Shown here: positions 39,901 to 50,955 of the stretch, one piece after another
How positions within the stretch are numbered: the stretch's first letter is position 1
Layout: each line of letters begins with the position of its first letter
Source: Phoronis australis
Lineage: Eukaryota > Animalia > Phoronida
NCBI GenBank assembly: GCA_002633005.1
Contig: NMRA01000241.1
Location: 357,974 to 421,956 of the forward strand
Length of the DNA: 63,983 nt
Direction of reading: 5' to 3'
Notes under the pieces: model-generated
Seen by the model: only the letters and a program-made list of their open reading frames with translations
What the model was told of the DNA's origin: nothing
Database searches by the model: none
Translations under genes and position numbers: made by a program

Positions 39901-42900
39901 GCATCTTACAATAAATTGCGAATCGTCAAGTTTGGAAACCGTAAAATGCCCAAGCAGAGCTAGTTCTCTCGCGAAAATCCACCAAAATATCGGCTCTTCA
40001 CGACACGTTGAAGGTGACTGGTTTTTATCAATGTAACCCTGGTAAAGGTGATAAGTACTTGATCAAAAAATTTGACACCCTGCCTTGAGTTTTGTTTATA
40101 TTCTTATTCTTGAAAGGGACAGTGCCTGTATTGTAATCTTAGGGCGTAGGGCTATTTGAATTGTAACCACTCTCCTGCTATTTGTCCGTCTCTGTATAGC
40201 TGAAGGTTTTGGTTACGGAAATATTTTTCCAGAATAGATCCTTTAGCGTCTTACGTTTTAAAATCTATCAGTACTGACCTCTGTGTACTTCGTACTATAT
40301 TAGTCTGCTTATGTCTACCTGTATAAGTTGACTACGCTATAGAATGTAGAATAATCGTATGTGTTCGGTCTTCAGCGTTCACCAAGTCATGTAAGTATGA
40401 TATCAACTTTGTTGCTACCGAAACTCGTGAAATTTTATTTGGAAAGTAATTGTGTTTGCGATTTTAGCACTTGGCAATGTTTCTGTAATTCACTAAGAAT
40501 GCCCTGTTGACGTTTTCGACAGTTACTTTAAAGACGGTTGTGTCTTTTATTTTTTATGAATTCAAGTACATTTCTGTTTGCACGATTTCTTGGAGTTGTT
40601 TCCTTGTCACGATCTCATTCGCTTGTAACTGCATCCAACCATGCGTGGTTTATTTTTCATGGTTTCATCTTATGACGTGCATGTTCCGTCGTTTATAACC
40701 TAATTTTAAACGAATCACGGACGGAAAACATACTGCCTTCCGACAGTGTTTGCAAGCTCTATAAGCTGATAACATTTTATGGTAGTAAACTTACAGAGAT
40801 ACGTTGGCATTTGTCAACAACATTTCTCTGGTAAGATGTAGTCGTCACATGGCCTACCAGAAGTTGATGAGGTCTTCATAATTTTCCGTGGCGGCTTAAT
40901 CGCCTACCGTTTCTTCCTGGGTTTTGGCAATTTTCTGAGATTTCTACTATTTCAGTATTTTCAACATGTGCATCATTTTGAGATTTTCATGAATAAAAAC
41001 GAATGCAATCTGGATGTTGAAAATTCACATTTAGATAAACTGCTAAAAAATAAGTGTACCACTTGTCTTTCACAAATTTGAAAAGAAAACACCAAAATAT
41101 TTAAAACATGCATGAGTGCAGTAGGAAATTCCCGATAATTTGATGTAAATCGTAGAAATATTTGTACTACTATGAGAGGACAGGGTTTTTAGAGAAAATA
41201 CTAGTTTGAAAATGAAATGGGTGGTTGACTGTTCCTGGAAGACGGCTTTATTTCTAAAGACAAAAGTGCATTTCATACCCAATTACGACCTTGAATGGAA
41301 ATCATGAAATGAAATTAGCTCAAATTTATCTATAAGTTTCTCATGTCATGATGCCATTGATTTCTACCATTAAAAGCGATTGAAAGGTCACTTGACATTG
41401 AGTTAAAGTGACTTAATTCATTGGTGCCTTTTTGAGACGCACTGTACTTGCTGACGCTGTGGATGGTATGTTTAGAGATCGTAATCATTTATTTTATCAT
41501 TGTCCAGATAAGTTTGAAGCGTGTTGTTTCAACAGAAAATGACCCATAGAAAGAAGACCCCATGGACATCTTAATACTATATTTGATGTCTATTGAAGAC
41601 CCTTTCCAGTGGCTCACACAAGTACATAAATTTCCTTAGCATTTCATATTGGTGCTTATCTAATCTTTACGCTAGGCGCCCTAAACTCTTTTCTTAACGA
41701 GGCATTATCGGCGAAAAAAGAAATGTTCAGAAATTATTAGTATGGCGGTTATCGAATCCACTAGTTCCGCAGCAGCCGAGGGCTTTGCTGCTGAGCCACA
41801 GTATACTAAATGGTAAAGACACTGACCGTGGTTACAACGAATGTCTGGCAACATCTAGACTTGGGGATTTGTAATAAACCACCAAAAAGATTTTTTTGTT
41901 TTCACAGCTCTATTCAAAGCTAATAACTTGAGAAAATTTATCCTTCCCTACAGCGATCCCGAAAATGCGCTTTTACGGCCGTAAAAACGATAATATCCCT
42001 GCAACGTTAAAAATTAAGCCATGCTTCTAAAACCGGGAATCTGCAGTTCTAAATCAGTCCTTTTGGACACCCTTTTTCTGATTAGTGAATTTTCATCAAA
42101 GCGTATTCTCTCACCGTATGACAAAAATCCCAAGACATACTTCAAGTTGCCAGGAATTTATTACTGAACACAAACATGCATGAATTATGTCCACGTTCTC
42201 ATTTTTTGGAAACTAGGTGCAAAAAACAGACGGCATACTTACCTTTTTCGTAGTTTATAAAACTGCACTGTGCTCCGTAGTTATAATTCAATGAGCGTAC
42301 ATATTCAGCTTCAGCGAGACATCGAACAATTAACGACTGGGCGATAATTGGAATTGCGCCAGGGTTAACTAATGCTTTGAACGTAAGATGTAAGACGTTT
42401 ACTAATATTTATAGGTAAATGCATATTCTGAAATTTTGAATTTGATGTTTTATGATCAGATTAATTCTAGTCGGCATTTTCCTTTGTATGTGATGAGTCC
42501 CGTAAACCTGTTGTTCTCCTTATAGGTCAAGCCACTTAAATCTGTCATTGGACAAGGAATCTCTGTGTAGTAGAACATTCGGGAAACTTAACCACGAAGG
42601 TAAAAGCATTGTTGTCGTCATAATAGTGGCATACTGGTAAATCGAAGAATGTTTCTACATATGTGGCATACTGGCAGAGGCTTTCTTGTTGAACATATTT
42701 TAAATAGGCTGTATATACATGCCATCGGTAGTCAAACACACTAGATAGATGACTTTCCGCTACAAAATTCACCTTAAATCGGTTTTTAATTAGATGGGGT
42801 ATGATTTTTTGGCTGGCCGACGATTCTGTAGTGCTTGAGACCATTATAGGAGACTGCGACGATTAATTCGTACATTTTCTTAAGACACTTGACATCAGGA

Positions 42901-45900
42901 TCCCTGGCAAACTCAATTTTACTGGAAACTGAAGTCATTTTTTCAGTTTCAAGCGATGTGATTGGTCAAATTTCGAGGCGAGTTTTGAGTAAAATTTGTT
43001 GGTCACCTGCCGTGGGATCACTTAGCAGTGAAAAGGGCTGAGACACGGAGGGTACATAGTGCTGACAAAAGGGTCGACACGGAGGGTATATAGTGCTGAC
43101 AAAAGGGCCGACACGGAGTTTATATAGTGCTGACAAAAGCAGGTGTGAAAAGGCCTGATAATGCTACTTTACCTCATGAATGTGTTTGAGAAACAGAGGC
43201 GAAGAACTGAAGCACGTTGGAGGAGTAACTCAGTTACTGAAGGTCCCGTAGTTCACGTTGGAGGAGTAACTCAGTTACTGAAGGTCCCGTAGTTCAACGG
43301 ATGGTAAAGTCCAGGCTAATTGCCTTCGCAGATTCTTGCGAAAATAAAAGCTAAAGGAAACATGATATTCGCGCAAAAAATCTAATGTTTTGATAAAAAT
43401 GCTCCAGACTACTGTTACAGTGTCGTCTCAATAGGTTCGTGGAATTATGTTTAACTTTGACCGGTTAATTCATTATTCATTTTCGCCAATTGTGTCATTT
43501 AAGACTCAATTAAAATCATTTGAACGACTTTTTGGCGAAATTTGTCATTTTTTTACTCGAATGTGGATTTCTAAAAAACTTAGCTGCGAGGGAATTCGTG
43601 TCTGAACTATACATTCTTAAAATTTATACGCTAGAAACCGTGTCGTGCAGTTTGATTTGCTCTTAAACAGTGACAGAATTATCAGCTTTCAATATCCCTT
43701 TTTGAAAACTACGTTTGACGCCCAATATCTCCGTTGTGCGGCCATAAGCTAAAAGTTAAGTGTGCAAAATTTTATGTGAATCAATGTACGCCCTAGAGAA
43801 ATATCGATGTTCAAATCTGGAAAAACAAATTTGCAAATCACAAGGCCAATTGAAGTCGCACCAGTTACAACTCGCATATTTTGTTGGATTTTGTTGGTAC
43901 CCAGCTGGGAAAAAACGGTGCCATTCTTTCACGTTTGAGATGATAAAGCTTCCAAAGCAGCCCTATGTTAATGTATACTCGTGAGGTTATGGCTATAGGC
44001 TAAAGACTTTGTTACTGGTGTGTTGAAGAATTTGATAAGAGCTAATGGAAATACAAATTTTATTCAACATACCAGCATCCAACTCCAGAGGCTTAAAATA
44101 CAATTGATGACAGATGCCACAACACTTCCGTCGGACAATGGTTTGGGAATCATCCGTATCCTTCTACCAAGCCTCGCTCCGGCCCTCAGCAATCAGTCGA
44201 ATTTGTGTAAACTAAAACTGAGTCAAGTTTTTGACTTCCTTACTCGAAAACTTACTGCATTGACTATTCGGTTTGCTGTCTATTTTTTGCGTTTTTAAAA
44301 AAGCTGTATTAGATAATATACAGAGCACAAAACACTGTTTGCTTTTTTATTATTTTGTACATAGTCAATTATTCGGAGTCTAACTTCTATAGATATTCCT
44401 TTAAGCATTATAACGATGCGAAGACAAATCTGCAGTCTTTACAATAAGGTTTGTATCAGTGCTACGAACTAGCTGAAAACTGACGCAGTACACGCAGAGT
44501 ATGAGTTAAAGTGGTGCCGGTGTTACCGAGCGCCACTATACATGGTGTAAAAGGAAATCGTATTGTTGGGGTATAACCACTCTGCGCATTTGTTGGGAGG
44601 GCTAATCGTCGTAGCTTACGTGATGTCATTTTTACTATTACCAGTCAGGCGACATTGAAATCGTTAGAGGAGTTAGTTTACTTTCCACCTTGCTCGCCAT
44701 ACTTGTGTCTCGAGCTATGTCATGAAGTTTTGATGCCACGTTAAAGTCTGGTTGGCAATCTGACAGTTTCTCGACAAACCGAAGAAGGTTCACCGATGCG
44801 TTCTCCTTGATATCAGATGGAATAAGTGACATAAACGCAGACACAACTGACGTTGATTTATCGGAAAATTGCTCTGAAAGCTGAGTGTTGACGTCGTCTG
44901 TTAAGGGAATATTGTAATTTCGCATCCTAGGCCTGTCAACTGGTTGAGTTGCTCTGTAGATGCTCATGTCCTTTGGACTGAATTAGCGACACTTACCTAA
45001 ATTGTTTGGGGTTCGGTTTTGGTCTCAGCATCCCAATTTCACTTTTCATTAATCTGTGCACTTATGGACTGGTCTTTTGTAGATAAACGAGGGCGAATCA
45101 CGTCGCCACACGATGGTGTAGAGCATTGCAAAAGTTTGGTGAAATTGTCAGTTGCGTTGAATCTCTCGACTCATCAGGCCCTTGAGATTCCATTGCTCGG
45201 TTTTTCCATTTTTGGTATTGTCAATGATTCTTTCAAAGAATCCCTACTTTTTGTTCGAAACTCTGAAAAACAAAAATCTCGTTAGCAGCTGCCATTCATT
45301 CCCCTATCTGTTCAGTTGAGATATGATGCAGAGGAAACAACGACATTTATCTCTATACTTGAGCTTGGTGTATATAATGTATTGGAAACCACAGTTAAAG
45401 AAATACAGAAAAGTTTCATTTCCAAGGAATTAAATCGGAAAGCGCACTTATTGGTGGGGGAATTTTGTTAGGAAAAACTCCCCTTGAGTTGCAAGGAAAT
45501 TGCTTGCGAAAAAGATATCCTATGCGTCAGGTCTCATTTACCTCTTCGATGGAAATAGTTGGGAGGCCTTTTGAAGTAACGCCAATCCCCTCAGTACATT
45601 CCAAATGTCCCGTTTTTTGGCTGGAGCGTCCGATTTTTAAAGGTTTGTAACGCGTCCCACCACATCATCAAAGTCATATGGCCCGCTCTTAACGCCTGGA
45701 CTATAACGCGAAAGACCGGGACACAGAGAATTCGGGAAACATAGAACCCGAAATTCATAAAACGGGACACATAGAACCGGGGAAAAAAGAATCCGGGACG
45801 CATAGAACCCGGGACGCAACGCTACGCTCCCAAGTTTGATTATTTTTCCGAAGTAGCTGCGTGGAACATAAAGACCAAATTTCTGGTTTAATTCTTAAGT

Positions 45901-48135
45901 CCCTTTTCATGAAACGTGAGCACACAGTCATTGGGAGACGGGCTTTTTTAATTTGCCTCGTTCTAGTCATGTCCAAGACTGAATAATGAACACGGAACGA
46001 GACTTTTCAAAGCATTTTATAGTACTGGCCATTCTGAATTCTTAATAATTGTTTTACTTGTTGGTAGGAATGTAACGACGCCGACTGATTGAACTTATAC
46101 ATTTTGTAAGCTCAAGATCAGAAAAATAGAAATCAATGGCGCCCCTATTATTGAAAACACTGTTTCCTGCCGGCACAGGCTCATTCAACATCGCGATTGA
46201 TTTGGGGTGCGTTCCGTAGATGCATCACACTTGTGACTGAAAAAGGAAGATCACGCAAATCATGCTAGTGAAAGCGCAAATACGCTGGGGACTCCGACCT
46301 TAGTGGCAATATGCCGGCCACCGAAGAGATTGGTCGATGAGGACAGAATGTTGAATTACAAATCTGTGTTTCCGTAGCGTAACCGAAGTGCCTCGCGAAT
46401 GTCTTGCGTTTACAGAACTCAAGCCCTCTCGAACATCAAGCCAGCCCGTGACGTGGAACATCGTGTGAGACTTTTACCGCGCATTTTAAATGTGTTAATT
46501 AGTTAGTTCAAGGCCATTATCCGGTAATGACTGGGACTTAAACAGGGATTGATTATAGAACAATTACGACTCACCGTTTTGTGACATCATCTTGATAGCG
46601 TTGAGCAGGCAATTGCCGATTGACGAGCTGATTAGCCTGACTAATATCCACCTTGCGGTCAATAGTCCGGTAATTGCTGCCCACCACCGGAACTATGGTC
46701 TAAAAAGATGAGTCGCCAGGTAAGATTAAACGAAAGTGCCTAAGGCCGCCTAATGTCAGCAGAACAGAACGACAATCCGAAAATCAAAAATAAAGTTAAC
46801 GGAAATCGGAATCATATTAAATTTTACCAATGGGTAAGAGGCACATAGGAAGTATTTGAAAACTTTATGGTGTAATTTTCTAGAACCTTAGCCAATTAAT
46901 ATTTTTCACTGTTGTAGAAGAAGAAGAACAGTTAAATCAGCTTACCGAAGTTCATAAGCGAGCGATCAGAGCTATTAGAAAAATCAGATACTACGTGGCG
47001 CGGCGGAAGTTCCGAGAAGCCCTCCGTCCATATGACGTCAAGGACGTGATGGAGCAATACTCAGCGGGCCACGCAGACATGTTAGCGAGGGTGAAAAGTT
47101 TGCAGGGAAGGTATGACTCAAACTACCACGGGAAGTTTGTTTGCTCTGAACCTTACACAAGGCCATTTTTGTTTGAACCTAACACGAATAGCTTTTTGAG
47201 GATCTACACTCCAGCCGTGTAGTTAAAGTAAGTGGTAAAATTGACAATATTCCTCGTGTCCAATTTTGGTAATTATTCCTAGATATTTTATCCTTGACAG
47301 TGGAAAGCTGGGAAATTATATCTTCTAGACTTTAAATTCTGTTCAGTAAAAATTGGAAAAGTTACCAATTAACCTAAGCCGTTTTCTTATGATCGTCCCT
47401 ATTTTTTGCTTTGAGTCACGCCGTAGATGCTCTTTTACCAGGCTAGACGTCATACTGGGCAAGAGTGGATCCAAGGGAAAAGACGTTTATGAGAGTAAAC
47501 AAAGTTTGGCATCGCGTATTGTCGGCGTAGAGCGAAAGGCAAGTCACTTTAATTAATAGAAGTGTGCTATTTCTTTCTTTTTCAAGGAATTGCGTCTTGG
47601 AGTTAGTTTTATTTTTTTTACACTTAGATTCCCGTACACATGCATCTCAAGGTCTGTCTGGTTCAAATCTGGTGGAAACGTTTCATGCGAACTGATTGCA
47701 TAAATGAAAATATACATGTGTACTGCTATGAACACATTTCAGGTGGACGATATTGAAACCAAACTGGACACCTTACTCGACCTCTACGTTGAAGACCGTA
47801 AAAAACAATGGGGTTTGCTCCAAGAGGCGGTCCAAAACGAGGACGATAGCCCACCAGTTGAAACAATACCTAAACCAAAAATACGAAAATACGTGACATA
47901 TCACGGGCCTCATGGCCGACCACGACACCAAACGTTTCGAACTCTGAGTAGTCCAGGCATTACGTTGCCGCCAAATGGGGGCCAGGCTCATCTAAAAGAA
48001 GAGCCAATGAATCACAACGGCGAGGAGAAAAACGGAAGTGCGGAAAACAAGGAAGATATTGACACGAGTATGGAGAATGAGCCTCTGTTAAGACCTGAAG
48101 TCTTAAAGTTGCGGAAGCATTCAAAAGAATATTGA
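27514..48135 (+). CDS. KCNQ: KCNQ (Kv7) voltage-gated potassium channel, 12 coding exons, ~731 aa (gene span)
   Basis: Exons 27514-27953, 31197-31284, 33601-33727, 34580-34755, 35493-35618, 35964-36074, 37116-37300, 37527-37712, 42526-42599, 46918-47110, 47442-47538 and 47743-48135 join in frame (2196 nt) with AG acceptors and GT donors (one GC). KCNQ motifs: [96 protein letters not shown]. Confidence 0.95.
30196..30585. mobile_element. foldback-type MITE with 20-bp internal subrepeats (KCNQ intron)
   Basis: TA|tcgttggc..aatg..tgaacgt.acgcac.taaatta.gtgcgtaa mirrored at the right end (..gccaacga|TA); about ten ggcgtaaagtaattatttgc-like 20-mers, then about three inverted copies. Confidence 0.85.
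31197..31284 (+). CDS. KCNQ: KCNQ exon 2 (S1 and S1-S2 loop)
   Basis: ttgcag|[30 protein letters not shown]|gtattt; phases match both neighbours. Confidence 0.9.
31915..32060 (+). mobile_element. Helentron/HINE (DINE-1)-like element end
   Basis: tttttgtgctccc...gcatattg...gtccgggcgtccggcatccg..tatatctcctgaaccg..ttcatggaatttggca architecture; related aaatttggca units recur at 32690-33150. Recognised from memory only. Confidence 0.4.
33601..33727 (+). CDS. KCNQ: KCNQ exon 3 (S2, S2-S3 linker)
   Basis: ttacag|[42 protein letters not shown] g|gtaagc; absent from the ORF track, read by hand. Confidence 0.95.
34580..34755 (+). CDS. KCNQ: KCNQ exon 4 (S3, S4, S4-S5 linker)
   Basis: tttcag|(D)[58 protein letters not shown]|gtagga. 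Confidence 0.95.
35493..35618 (+). CDS. KCNQ: KCNQ exon 5 (S5, pore helix)
   Basis: ttctcccag|[42 protein letters not shown]|gtaaga; absent from the ORF track. Confidence 0.95.
35964..36074 (+). CDS. KCNQ: KCNQ exon 6 (selectivity filter, S6)
   Basis: ttttag|[37 protein letters not shown]|gtgagt; TVGYG K+ signature. Confidence 0.96.
37116..37300 (+). CDS. KCNQ: KCNQ exon 7 (S6 end, helix A / IQ calmodulin-binding motif)
   Basis: ttccag|[61 protein letters not shown] at|gtaaat. Confidence 0.95.
37527..37712 (+). CDS. KCNQ: KCNQ exon 8 (helix A-B linker)
   Basis: cccttttgcag|t [24 protein letters not shown]...DSMDLFN aa|gtaagt; phase 2/2. Confidence 0.85.
41743..41801 (-). mobile_element. 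degenerate tRNA-SINE head
   Basis: Minus strand tggctcagcag (A-box-like) ... ggattcgataacc (B-box-like). Confidence 0.35.
42526..42599 (+). CDS. KCNQ: KCNQ exon 9 (helix A-B linker, inferred)
   Basis: ttgttctccttatag|g [24 protein letters not shown] g|gtaaaa. It is stop-free and supplies the phase 2->1 change needed to join exon 8 to exon 10; no conserved motif supports it. Confidence 0.68.
43031..43139. repeat. ~34-bp tandem repeat x3
   Basis: aaaagggYcgacacggagggtatatagtgctgac repeated. Confidence 0.93.
43213..43296. repeat. perfect 41-bp tandem duplication
   Basis: cacgttggaggagtaactcagttactgaaggtcccgtagtt x2. Confidence 0.95.
44400..45290 (-). pseudogene. decayed hAT-superfamily transposase (THAP12/ZMYM1-like type) in KCNQ intron
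   Basis: Minus-strand fragments LKGL..R..., WDAETKTE (45035-45012), YRATQP...[17 protein letters not shown]...AF.SLIP (ORF 44638-44967) and YPN occur in the expected order, with stops, frameshifts and an apparent internal deletion. Confidence 0.55.
45716..45820. repeat. subterminal-type tandem motif array (ccgggacRcatagaac)n
   Basis: 5-6 degenerate copies; typical of DNA transposon ends. Confidence 0.75.
46918..47110 (+). CDS. KCNQ: KCNQ exon 10 (helices B and C)
   Basis: gttgtag|aa [63 protein letters not shown] ag|gtatga. Confidence 0.95.
47442..47538 (+). CDS. KCNQ: KCNQ exon 11 (helix C-D), followed by a GC donor
   Basis: tcttttaccag|g [32 protein letters not shown]|gcaagt. Confidence 0.88.
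47743..48135 (+). CDS. KCNQ: KCNQ last coding exon (helix D coiled coil, C-tail)
   Basis: atttcag|[21 protein letters not shown]...HSKEY TGA. Confidence 0.9.
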   Translation: MDDIETKLDTLLDLYVEDRKKQWGLLQEAVQNEDDSPPVETIPKPKIRKYVTYHGPHGRPRHQTFRTLSSPGITLPPNGGQAHLKEEPMNHNGEEKNGSAENKEDIDTSMENEPLLRPEVLKLRKHSKEY

Positions 48136-48207
48136 ATTATGGTACTCATGTATATACTGTACAAACAGTTTGTTTTGTTATAATATGTTTTCATTTTTAT
48201 GGCTGTG

Positions 48208-48213
48208 AATAAA
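48208..48213 (+). terminator. candidate polyadenylation signal of KCNQ
   Basis: First AATAAA about 70 nt after the stop, followed by GT/T-rich sequence. Confidence 0.4.
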
Positions 48214-48582
48214 TTACCTCAGTGTTGGCATTTAAAATGGATACAAATTATTTAACATTACCTTTCTTCAAACAGTATTTCTTTTACCGTCAGCAGTGTA
48301 CATCATCGCATACTCGAATTGAAATTGGCCAGCTGTCATGGCGATTCACCCGTCGTGACAAGCAAGGCAATGCAACTGTCTGGGTCCGGCCAAAGACAAT
48401 AACGACCTCTCCCTTCTTGTCAAGCCTAGAAATTCTGTTTTACCTGATTAAGGAACAAAGTGAGGCTGATTTTATAAGGTGACCTAAACCAAAAGTTGGT
48501 TTTAGATAGCTAGAAGGCATGGATTCATTGTCCCTTTAATTCACCTGGACAATAGGTGTCGCTATCTTTTTTATTTCGCAGC

Positions 48583-49818
48583 AAGCAATTCAAGTTTGGA
48601 TGGCGGGTGCACGTAACCGTTCCTGAAGTTAGTAAAGTCTTTTCTTACTAACTTCATATCATATAGTCAGTGACACGTCAGTTCTGTGCTGGTATAAGTA
48701 ACATCTTTATGATCATGCAGGACTCTAGAAAAATGTCTAAATCAAGCAAACTTTAGAACTTCATATCTCAAAAGTGTCTGATCGGATTGAAATGAAACTT
48801 TCTCATAGTATGCTTCATCTATAGTTCTTAAAAACGCTTTTAGAAATTGTTTTTAAAATCTTTTTTTACTGAAACCACCCCCACATCCAGATGCACGAGA
48901 AACTAACAAATTATGTTTCATTATTCTGTTAGGTACAATGGCGCCTCCAAGATTTTCTTTCTTGGTCAATTTTTCACGAGAACCCGACTGTCGAAATTCA
49001 AGACTTCAACATTAAAAGTATGTAAACATTGACTTCGAACAGCCACTTTCGTAACAAATACAACAAAGAAATGGATTTTTTTGTGCAAAAACGTGTTTCT
49101 ACACTTGTGAAGGCTAACATGATCTCGGTGAAAAGGTCGATTTTTCAGAAAAATGAAGTCACGCTGCTTTACGTGGTGTACACAAATGTGTGATGGTTAA
49201 GAAAATTAAAATGGCGTGGTTTCATGAAGACGGGCAGTTGCTCTAAGGTACTCTTTTCACACCATTCCAGTTTTAAAAACTTAATAGGATGAATTGAACG
49301 CATATTCAGATGAAATTCGTTCCCAAATTAGGTTCCCTTTGAACATGCCATCGATTTTTTCAAGAAAAAATAAAATTACTAAGGAATTTTCTATTGCGAT
49401 TGACAAACCAATAAAACAGCTTCCACAGGTGAATGACACTGAACTCCACTCTTAACTTGTTGATAGGTATAGTTATAAAATGTATTTGCATCTTGAGAGA
49501 TTTTCCTATTTGAATGATAACTTTTAACTGGTGAAACTAATTTCATCATATAAATTAATAAAAACAAAAGGACACGTGAGGTTTATGTATTGAAGCTTGC
49601 ATTGAAAAATAAAATTAGTTTTTCGTTAATCGCCACCTAAATTGCAAAAAAAACAGGCCACTCAACGACACAAAAATATTTTTGAACTTGGCATGTCATG
49701 ATAGAACACTACATCTATCCTAAGCAGACTGTTCGGGTCACTGGCAAGTAAAACAGAGCCTACGCGCCATTTATTAAATGTTGGGGGGTTGGGCAAGCCA
49801 TCCAAATTTGGACCGCTT
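48583..49818. mobile_element. ~1.2 kb non-autonomous TIR element between the two genes
   Basis: aagcaattcaagtttggatggc on the left vs reverse complement of gccatccaaatttggaccgctt on the right (18/22 match); no TSD established. Confidence 0.55.
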
Positions 49819-50296
49819 CATATCAATCGCTGGTAATATATGAATTCACTTTTATGACGAGGAAAATTTTATGATCAGTCTGTTAATCGGCTTATTTAAC
49901 GAATTTTAGCCCTAAGTAATCGCCAGGTTTCAAAACATTAAAAACGATGCACTCAGCAGCCTAGTGTGACAGACAGACGCCCATAACTCATACTACGTTT
50001 GGGGAAAATACTCGCTTTATGCGACTGTGCGAGTTGACATAATTGTATAAACATAAGGCATTGAGCAAGAAAATATGCCAAAAGCTCAATGCGACACAAA
50101 CAAGGTTTTTATTTAAAATTCCATTCAAATACGCTAACATGACTGCCTGATAAGTCATCCATTTGATGTTTTGTCAATTCAACCAGCCCGAGAATACAAC
50201 AATTAGACAGCACCAAATAGGAGATACGTACAATTACACATTCGCAAATGGGTCTACAAACAGTGCGAAACTTCATTAGGGCTTAGTGTAATAATT

Positions 50297-50955
50297 ATTC
50301 AATTTGCGACACAGTAGATGGTAAAATTCCTGTTATTCCATTTTTTCGATTGTCATCGCTGCAACTGCTAAAAATTATCACTTCGGTGGCAAATACATGG
50401 TGCAAGCCATGCTAAAACACAAAGCAAATTTCGCACAGCGGCTTTAAACAGTGTCTCATCTAAAACAACTTTCTTGTTCCCAGTCATGTTTACGCTTCCA
50501 AACGGCTTTATTAGCCTCTTGCCAGATGACAGAAGTGAATTTGATGACGATTCGCCCACACAAATCCAACGTGCCCGTATCTCCAACTTTCCAGTCTGAG
50601 CTGAAAAGTTCGCGCCGTGACTTGAAACTTAAAGGAGCCTGCCTGTTGTGAAGCTGTAGCAAACTGTTCGTTCTTTCCAAGCCCAAAAATTACTTCTTAA
50701 CGGAGTAAGGTATAAGACGCGGCCATTTTTGTAACGGTTAGAGGCCTAAGTCATAGAGTTTTCAAAGAAAGCATAGGTTTAATGCCACTTTAATTATTCC
50801 ATGGAGGCTTACTGTAAGAAATGTTCAATTTGCGACAAAAAGATGGTAAAGTTCTAATTACATTTTTCAAATGTCCTCGCTGCAATTGCTAAAAATACAA
50901 CTTGGATGGGAGTTGCACCGTGGGTATAAGCCACGCTAAAATATCAAGCAACATT
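50297..50955. repeat. diverged ~135-bp direct repeat (50297-50430 / 50823-50955)
   Basis: ttcaatttgcgaca..agatggtaaa..tcgctgcaaYtgctaaaaat..aagccaYgctaaaa in both copies. Confidence 0.8.

Noticed and set aside
43031-43296. 34- and 41-bp repeats as CRISPR
   Set aside because: No spacers; simple tandem duplications.
45157-45181. Hammerhead-like CTGATGAGTC-GAGA-GAT on the minus strand
   Set aside because: The required GAAA after stem II is absent (TCAAC), and it lies within the transposase relic.
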